From positions 6,014,001 through 6,078,000 of the forward strand of contig OZ024750.1 in NCBI GenBank assembly GCA_964016885.1: DNA of 64,000 nucleotides, read 5' to 3'. This document shows, in pieces, positions 56,042 through 64,000 of this stretch. Under the pieces are notes generated by a model, which worked only from the letters and a program-made list of their open reading frames with translations, had not been told where the DNA came from and searched no databases. Numbering within the stretch: position 1 is the first letter of the stretch; each line of letters opens with the position of its first letter. A program made the translations under genes and the position numbers. The DNA is from Eledone cirrhosa (Eukaryota).

Positions 56042-56076
<35 letters not shown>

Positions 56077-59039
56077 CATGCATACATATATACACATACA
56101 CATATATATATATATATACATATATATTACATATATACATAAAATTAATTGATACATACGCATTCATATATGTATAGATGTAGATATACATGTTTATATA
56201 TATACATACATAATACATACATACATGTGTACATACATACATACATACATACATACATACATACATACATACATACTCGCATTCATATATGTATAGATAT
56301 ATATAGGTGTTTATATATATACATACATAATACATACGTAGTCACATACATAGAGTCAGTGAAACATATGTGTATGTATGTGCAAGCAGTCAAATATAAT
56401 AACAGTTCGCATATACATATTGTCTAGGAAATAAATGTTGATTTAAAAATAACAGATTAAATATTTGAGAAAAACAAATTCACCAAGCGATAAATCAACA
56501 TTGTAGAAGAGAGATAGAGCTGAAGGTATATTGGAGATAACATGAGAAAAGTCAATAGAAATATTAAAGAAATAAACAGTTTTTATAAAACAACAGCGTT
56601 TTATGACTGACGTCATAACTTGTCAATAATGTCGTGGCCGATGTTCAAGAGAATTCTGGAAATTTCGCCCATGTAACACAGAATTTAGTTTAATTACCAA
56701 TTTAAAATTGTTAACCTTATCTGAATTAATTTAACGCTACCTAAATTTGATTTCCACCCTGGAGACTAATTCATAATTATATTTCCTATATATTTTTCTT
56801 TCGAGAATTTTCTCTAATTCTTTCCTCCATTCCTTCTTTCTTTATTTCTTTCTTTGTTTCTTTCCTTCTTTCTTTGTTTCTTTTTCTCCTATCATTTTAA
56901 TCTTTATGTCTTTACTTTTCAGTTCATTTCAATTTATTCTTCTTTCTGCATTCGCAATTTCTTTATATCTTTCTCTTTCTATCTGTCATTTTACACACTT
57001 TCTCTTTCTATCTGTCATTTTACACACTTTCTCTTTCTATCTGTCATCCTACACACTTTCTACTCTGTCTATCTTTCATATCAACCCCCTTCTACTCTCC
57101 TCTTCTTTTCTCATTATCAGTCTATCTCTCTTTCTGCCCTCTTGTAAGTCATTTTCTTCTTTTCGCTTTTTTCATTTAATTTTATTGTTCGATTTTCTCT
57201 TCTCAAGAATTCTCCTTTTCGTCTTCCCACCTTACCGTTTTTACATCTTCTCTTTCACATTGGTCATTTTGAAGAAAAATTCCCTTTGTTATTTATATTA
57301 TTATTATATTTGAGTTACATTTTCTCTCTAAATCCATAATCATTTTGGGGGGAAGAACAGTGATAGTTTTCTTGACACCTAAACGTAGAAACTCGCCCCC
57401 TTATCTCTTATTCATCAATCCTTCTATAAAATGAAGAAAAAAACTGAAAAACACTGAAAAAAACACAAGGAAATTTTAAATATGTTCCAGACCAGCGCAA
57501 TCAGAGAATTTTAGCAATAAACTCGCCCTATTTATTATGATGAAGGAAAAATAATTAAATAATCAAACTAAAAGAGTGACTGTATTTTATTTATATTTTA
57601 GTGTGTATAGAAAAACAGAATAGTAGCTAAAGGAATTTAAGTTTGTATATTATTGTTATTATTATTATTATTATTATTGTCGTTGTTGTTGTTGTTGTTG
57701 TTGTTATTATTCCGCTTCAATAAGATGCTGCTATTAAAAATGAATGCCAAAATGCCTATGGCAATTCATTGGTACAAATCTGAGAGAATCAACTAATGCC
57801 AACATTCATTGGCTTGAATTTTCTGAAAACACACGAGATAATACCGATTTCTTGAAAAAAATTTTTTATTAAATTTCTATATTTCTGTACGGTTGAGAGA
57901 TTCGATCTCTCTATTGTGAGCATCCATAGTATTTTCTGCTTCCAGTTAACTACGAGCCCACTAGATACAATTTCTAACTTACTTTTTTTTCTCTCTCTCT
58001 CTCTCTCTTGTTCGTCCACTTCCTAAACGCTTGTCATTCTACAACTTAGGCCCATAAGAGATGAGCCAATCACTTCCCTGTGAATGAAATTCATTAAACA
58101 AAAGATGTTAAGAACCGATCTTAGAACCGTTTTTCCTTTTTTATATATAAATAAACGACAAACATCGCCAAGTATAACACTACCACATTTGTTTGTCTTT
58201 AGCGCATTTTACTTGGCTGCAAGGATGATGATATCTTTCTCCCGCCCTCTCTATAGATTCGGTGGCAGCCCTGAAAATTGATCCTTTGTTTAAAAATCTG
58301 CATATATTTTAGAGTAAAAATAGAAGCTGTCACAGAACGTATTCTACAACACAGTTTTGATTCTTTGCCGTTGGTATTTCACCGTGTTCATTATTTAAAC
58401 AGAGGTCTGAACATCATCTAGTTTCATTTATCTTTGTATTATAAATGTGAGATGTTGTGAGTATTTCAGAAATCAATATCACTGCTTATATTATTTTCAT
58501 TATATACTTAAAAGAAAACAATAAAAATAATTATAAAAACGTAATAAGAAATCATCAGATTTCATTTCCATTCAGATTATATTACACATGACATGATTCT
58601 ATGAAATAAAAAAGAAAAATACAAATCAATGATGGAAAATATATTTGTTGCAAAAAAGATTTTGATATATATATATATATTTTTCTTTTTGTTATTTTTC
58701 TTGTGCCTCAGCAAATGATTATGTTGATGCTTATGCTGATACTACTGTTGCTAATATTGTTCTTGTCCTTGTCATTGAGCTGCTAAGTTGTGCAGAATAG
58801 GTTTCCAGAACCTAATTTTCTCGTTTGTAGCACCGGTTTACGCTGGCGTGTAATGACGTTAAAATATATTTGAGGAATCAGTGTGTGAGAGGAAGGGTGA
58901 CTAGAGGCATGTTTTGTCAATATCCAGTAAACTATACTTATACGTATGGAATGACACTAATAAGAACTAACAAAATATAGAACAAACAAATACAACAACA
59001 ATGATATCAACAGCTATAACAACATAAGTAAAATAGATG

Positions 59040-59735
59040 AGTTTTTGGTTGGGTGGAACATCCGTTTCGGAGTTCGTTTTTTTTGGCTGGCACCAGGTTG
59101 GAAAATTATTGTCTGAAACTAATTATTGCATCAGCAGCTAATGGAAGAGAAATTAATAAACATTGAAAGGTGTTCGGATTACCAGAGATATACCAGGGCT
59201 TGTCTGTAAATGTGTGCGACAAGTGATTTTAGTTGTAGCTGGCCAGATTTAGAATATTCCAAAATAACTAATGTCTATCATCCATATACACCTTTTATCA
59301 ATCTATAACATTTATACTCTTTTAGTTAACATCACAAAAAACTTATATTCGCTACTGATTCTAAGTTTCAGAATCCTTATGCTGTATAACATTATCAAAT
59401 CTGCATCACAACAACTAGATTTCATCTTTACGACAAAAGATTACGGTGGATCTAATCATTAACTTCGCACAAAACAGATACGGCCTACATTTGAGTATTG
59501 CTCTCATAGACATCGACAAGATTGTAATTTGGGGATTGGCCATATCTCATTCAAAAATATACACCTCTAGCAGAAACAGACTTTATTTCTTCTCACTTTT
59601 TCTTCTATCACAACTGCAATGACTTTTGAACTAATCTAATCCCATACCTTCTCTATCCAGGCCCACCCAACGATGCACTCAATACTTATTATCTCGTCAT
59701 CCCTATTCAACATCCTACGTTGAATCCTTACCTTA
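59040..59735 (+). pseudogene. Decayed CR1-like LINE reverse transcriptase, C-terminal region
   Basis: QIRPTFEYCSH at 59475-59507 (cf. YKxQIRPxLEYCSHIW); the rest is frameshifted and boundaries are approximate. Confidence 0.5.
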
Positions 59736-59739
59736 TTAG

Positions 59740-59929
59740 ATAATTGTTTCTACTTTTGGCACAAGGCCAGCAATTACCCAGTGTATTACTGGTACTTTAT
59801 TTTATCGATCCCCGTAAGGATGAAAGGTAAAGTTAACCTCGGCTGGATTTGAACTCAGAATGGCAAGGGCCGTAACTCTATGCGTCAAAGCATAGCGTCC
59901 GACCTTCTACCGATACTGCCAATCCACCG
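59740..59929 (-). mobile_element. SINE family 1 copy
   Basis: Complete on minus strand. Confidence 0.9.
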
Positions 59930-60603
59930 TCGTGTTATTTTAATTAATCTGTTATTTTAATTAATAAATATATATATATTTATATATATATATATATGTG
60001 TGTGTGTGCGTGTGTGTGTGTGTGTCTGTGTTTGTGTCTGTATATCTATGTGTGTATGTGCAAGTGTATATAAGAATATATAAGAATATATTCACTAAAA
60101 ATCAAAACAAAAAAAACCCACATTACTAAAGATAATTAATATTTGCCAGAATCCATAAGGATGTGTAAGACAGGTGAACTAACGTATTGTAACATCCATG
60201 GGGATTTTTCCTGGCCATTATTGAACAAAAGCTGGAAAGTTTGTCAATTTTGTTTCCCTCAAAAATGTCTTGTTTTGTCTTAGCAAGATTCGCGCTTGCT
60301 TGAGGTTTTAAAGTTTATACAGCTGTCTCTCGCTTCAGTTGTAAAAATACCATGTGTCTCATACATATGTTGTTATATTCAATTTGTTTTAATGATGACA
60401 CTTGATATAGCTGGTGTATATGAAAAACTCACAAGAATTGCAGCTGGTTTACGATTATGGAAAAATTGTTAAGCAGAGAATTGACTATTCAAGTCTTGTC
60501 AAAGTTTCTCCGCTGCTAACAGGAATACAATATTGTATGATGTTTTCATATATTTTCTCGACTTCGCAACCACATTTCATTTGAAATGATAATAATTAAC
60601 GTA

Positions 60604-60700
60604 TACGAGGCTCGGCTGAAAAGTTCATAGGCTGACCAAGATACTCTCATGGAATGACCAAAGGTTTAATTTTCAATATAGTCCCTGGTAAAGAACAAGC
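60604..60700. mobile_element. Truncated Tc1/mariner MITE end
   Basis: TACGAGGCTCGGCTGAAAAGTTCATAGGCTGACC. Confidence 0.78.
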
Positions 60701-60770
60701 ACTATACATATTTCGATGACCCAGCTCTATCATCCGATTATGATGTAAGACAAGGCGAATTCATCAGGTG
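60700..60770 (-). ncRNA. Probable type I hammerhead ribozyme
   Basis: CAC-CTGATGA-[irregular 46-nt helix II]-GAAA-TATGTA-TA/GTG; helix I is only 3 bp. Confidence 0.55.
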
Positions 60771-61687
60771 TCATTAGCTGAATTATTTAACAGGATTACG
60801 TTGAATCCAAACATAAAATAGAAGATAGGAGATAGAAGCCAAAATAGAAAATAGAAATTTGATTCGGAAACAGCCAGCTAATTTGATGGTATATCGATAG
60901 CAGACGGTCCCGGGGACATAGAGAGGAGAAGAGCTTGGTGGCATTCTCGGGTCCCAAATAATAGGAGGCGGTGAAAACAAAGTGGGGAAGGGGCTTGGTA
61001 AATCAGTAATTGTATAGTGTATTGTGTACGTTCGTAAATGGGATTTCTTGTAATGTTCTTCTTTTGTCATATATAATGTATTTTTTTATGTAAAATAAAA
61101 TAATTATCACATTCTCCAGTTGCTGTATCAATATGAATCACTTACAATAACATTTTTCCGGAGACAGATTAACAAAATTTAATAAGCGAGTGGAGTGGTG
61201 GTGGTGGTGGAATAAAAACCGGGGGTGGAAAAAATCTGACAAAGTGTATTTTTCATCTCTGAGGAGAGGCAGCATCTACGATGGATACAACAAATCTGAA
61301 AATAATTTTCCAGATTATGTTTAAATAAATGGAGCGTGACTATTTTATTAAAAGATCGGGTTGACTGTTCAGTCTGTGTCAGAATTATATTTTTGAAGAA
61401 AGCGTTATTAAATTATCGTAAAAATATAGTTACGAAAGAAAGTGATATCAACGCCCTTATGGTTGTATCATATATAATTATATATACCCCTACACGTCAT
61501 CTACACCCTGTTATATATACGTATGACAGGGTGCTGAACGAATACGTGTTTTGTGTGTGTGTAGGGTCGTCCGTCAGTTACGGCGACGACTTTTAAGTTG
61601 GACGATCAAGAGAAGAGCCGGCACGTAGAAATAACGTGCAAGTGACTGAGCATTCCATAGACAGTGTGACAGTGTGGTAAGACTGAG

Positions 61688-61719
<32 letters not shown>

Positions 61720-61740
61720 AAGAGTCGTTAGAGAATGTAG

Positions 61741-61789
<49 letters not shown>

Positions 61790-61864
61790 TACATGCATGG
61801 TGCTATTAAGTTAGACATTTCCTGGCCGAAACCTATCAAAGTTATCAAAATTATAAGGACGCAT

Positions 61865-61917
<53 letters not shown>

Positions 61918-61919
<2 letters not shown>

Positions 61920-62259
61920 GCTTACGCACGTGCACAAGAATAGCTCTTTTTACAAAACGGTTCTTTTTCCATTTCAAGCAGACGCGTTCCATCATTCTCT
62001 TTTCTAAAAAATAAATCATACACAAAACGCCAGCACCAACAGTTTTGCAAGAGATGTCAACATGAATGGACCTGTTATTTTTATCTAAAGAAATGTTCTC
62101 CAATTCCAACCCGCCCGACCCCTCAATCTATCTTATTTCTCATTCTTTCTTCTGATGAAAGACTAGCGTCCAAAACGTTAAGACCCTCTTCCTGCTATAT
62201 CAAGCGTTAACCTAATATATTCCTTCCATATACTGTACCGATTGTGTTTACCTTTTACA
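61918..62259 (+). mobile_element. Family E copy with minimal hammerhead (62148-62183, G12A mutated)
   Basis: TCTT-CTGATGA-AAGAC TAGC GTCC-AAAA-CG-TT/AAGA; homologous to 8562-8918. Confidence 0.78.
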
Positions 62260-62704
62260 TATATATATATATATATGAGAGGTCTATAGCTCATACATTC
62301 ACGTTCATATGGATCTCGAATGTTTGAATGTTTGAGCTAAAACTTCTCACTGCATAAATATGTCTGAAATTATTAGTGCTTATATTAATACATGCAAAAT
62401 GTGTGCTATTTTAAGAAGAAGAAATGGGAAGGTGTTTTGTCCATGCATTTTCCAATGTCATTATATATATCTACATATAGGGAACTGTCTCCAACTGTGA
62501 GTGGAAGTCAAGAACTTTCAGCATAACATGACTAATGATGTAAAAAAAAAACCCAACAAAACAGAAAAAAATACAAAAAAATATAATCACTCCCCCACCC
62601 AGCCAAATAATAATAAATAAATAAATAAAATCGAAAAGAAATACATAATAATAAAATATGTTCTAGAAATGGGAAGGTGTTTTGTCCATGCATTTTCCAA
62701 TGTC

Positions 62705-62882
62705 TGGCAGTATCGGTTGAGGATCGGGCGCCATGCTTTGCAGCATAGAGTTACGGCCCTTTATAGTCTGAGTTCAAATCCCGCCGAGGTTAACTTTGCC
62801 TTTCATCCTTACGGGGTCGATGAAATAAAGTACCAGTAATACACTGGATTAATTGCTGGCCTTGTGCCAAAAGTAGAAATAA
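62705..62882 (+). mobile_element. SINE family 1 inserted in the second unit of a ~245-bp tandem duplication
   Basis: The empty site is visible at ~62460 in the first unit. Confidence 0.9.
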
Positions 62883-63049
62883 TTATATATATCTACATAT
62901 AGTGAACTGTCTCCAACTGAGTGGAAATCAAGAACTGATGTAATAACAAAAAAAGGCTAAAAAAAATACAAAAATTACAATTATGCCCCCCCTCCCTCGC
63001 AAATAATAAATAAATAAATAAATAAATAAAAATAAAAAGAAATTATATA

Positions 63050-63439
63050 ATAATTTTTTCTACTTTTGGCACAAGGCCAGCAATTAACCCAGTGCATTAC
63101 TGGTACTTTATTTTATCGACGCCGTAGGGATGAAAGGCAAAGTTAACCTCGTCTGGATTTGAACTCAGAATGGAAAGGGCCGTAACTCAATGCGTCAAAG
63201 CAAGGCGTCCGACCCTCTACCGATACTGATGATTTCTTAGATAGACACAAGGCCAGCAATTTTGGGGGAGGGGAAAGTCGATTAAATCGACCCCAGTGCA
63301 TGACTGGTACTTTATTTTATCGACCCCGTAAGGATGAAAGGCAAAGTTAACCTCGGCGGGATTTGAACTCAGAATGGAAAGGGGCGTAACTCTGTGCTTC
63401 AAAGCATGGCGTCCGACCCTCTACCAACACTGCCAATCA
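63050..63439 (-). mobile_element. Two tandem SINE family 1 copies
   Basis: ~63050-63229 and ~63230-63439. Confidence 0.9.
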
Positions 63440-63503
63440 ACAACATAATAATTGAGAATTGGTAAATCCTCCCATGCAGTATGAAAAGGTTCGCACCCAA
63501 TAG

Positions 63504-63616
63504 TACTGCTACTACTACTACTGCTACTACTACTGCTACTACTACTGCTACTACTACTGCTACTGCTACTGCTACTACTGCTACTACTACTGCTACTGCT
63601 ACTGCTACTACTACTG

Positions 63617-63651
<35 letters not shown>

Positions 63652-64000
63652 GCTACTACTACTGCTACTGCTACTACTGCTACTACTACTACTGCTACTA
63701 CTACTGCTACTACTACTGCTACTACTGCTACTACTGCTACTACTACTGCTACTGCTACTACTGCTACTACTACTGCTACTACTACTGCTACTACTACTGC
63801 TACTACTACTGCTACTGCTACTACTGCTACTACTACTGCTACTACTACTGCTACTGCTACTACTGCTACTACTGCTACTACTGCTACTACTGCTACTACT
63901 GCTACTACTGCTACTACTGCTACTACTACTGCTGCTACTACTACTACTGCTACTACTACTGCTACTGCTACTGCTACTACTACTGCTGCTGCTACTACTA
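63504..64000. repeat. (CTA/CTG)n microsatellite
   Basis: Direct. Confidence 0.98.

Noticed and set aside
62288-62339. GCTC...GAGC long hairpin next to (TA)n
   Set aside because: Lacks the 2-nt 3' bulge and has no associated fold-back, so not counted as the tail motif

Overview
AT-rich, microsatellite-dense animal DNA, probably octopus or another cephalopod (inferred from the tRNA-derived SINE families and the (TA)n/(CA)n/(AGT)n load). I find no intact host protein-coding gene; nearly all long ORFs in the track are microsatellite artefacts. Recognisable repeats are about 20 copies of one SINE, a second CORE-like SINE, a Tc1/mariner-type MITE, and decayed RTE, CR1-like, CRE-like, MULE and Penelope GIY-YIG fragments. 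The main signal is a set of at least 10 short non-coding elements of mostly unrelated sequence, most of them inserted in (TA)n tracts. They carry type I hammerhead ribozymes (about 15 complete cores), usually with a palindromic helix III. Several occur as fold-backs with a long arm plus tail and an inverted short arm. In seven families the tail starts with the same covarying bulged hairpin (RYTC-stem-loop-stem-TN-GARY); in the six with an inverted arm it lies 0-10 nt past the point where that arm ends. The hammerhead and inverted-pLTR architecture matches known Penelope-like elements and retrozymes. The shared bulged hairpin at a fixed initiation boundary is my best candidate for an undescribed cis-element. 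All structures were folded by eye and no searches were run.
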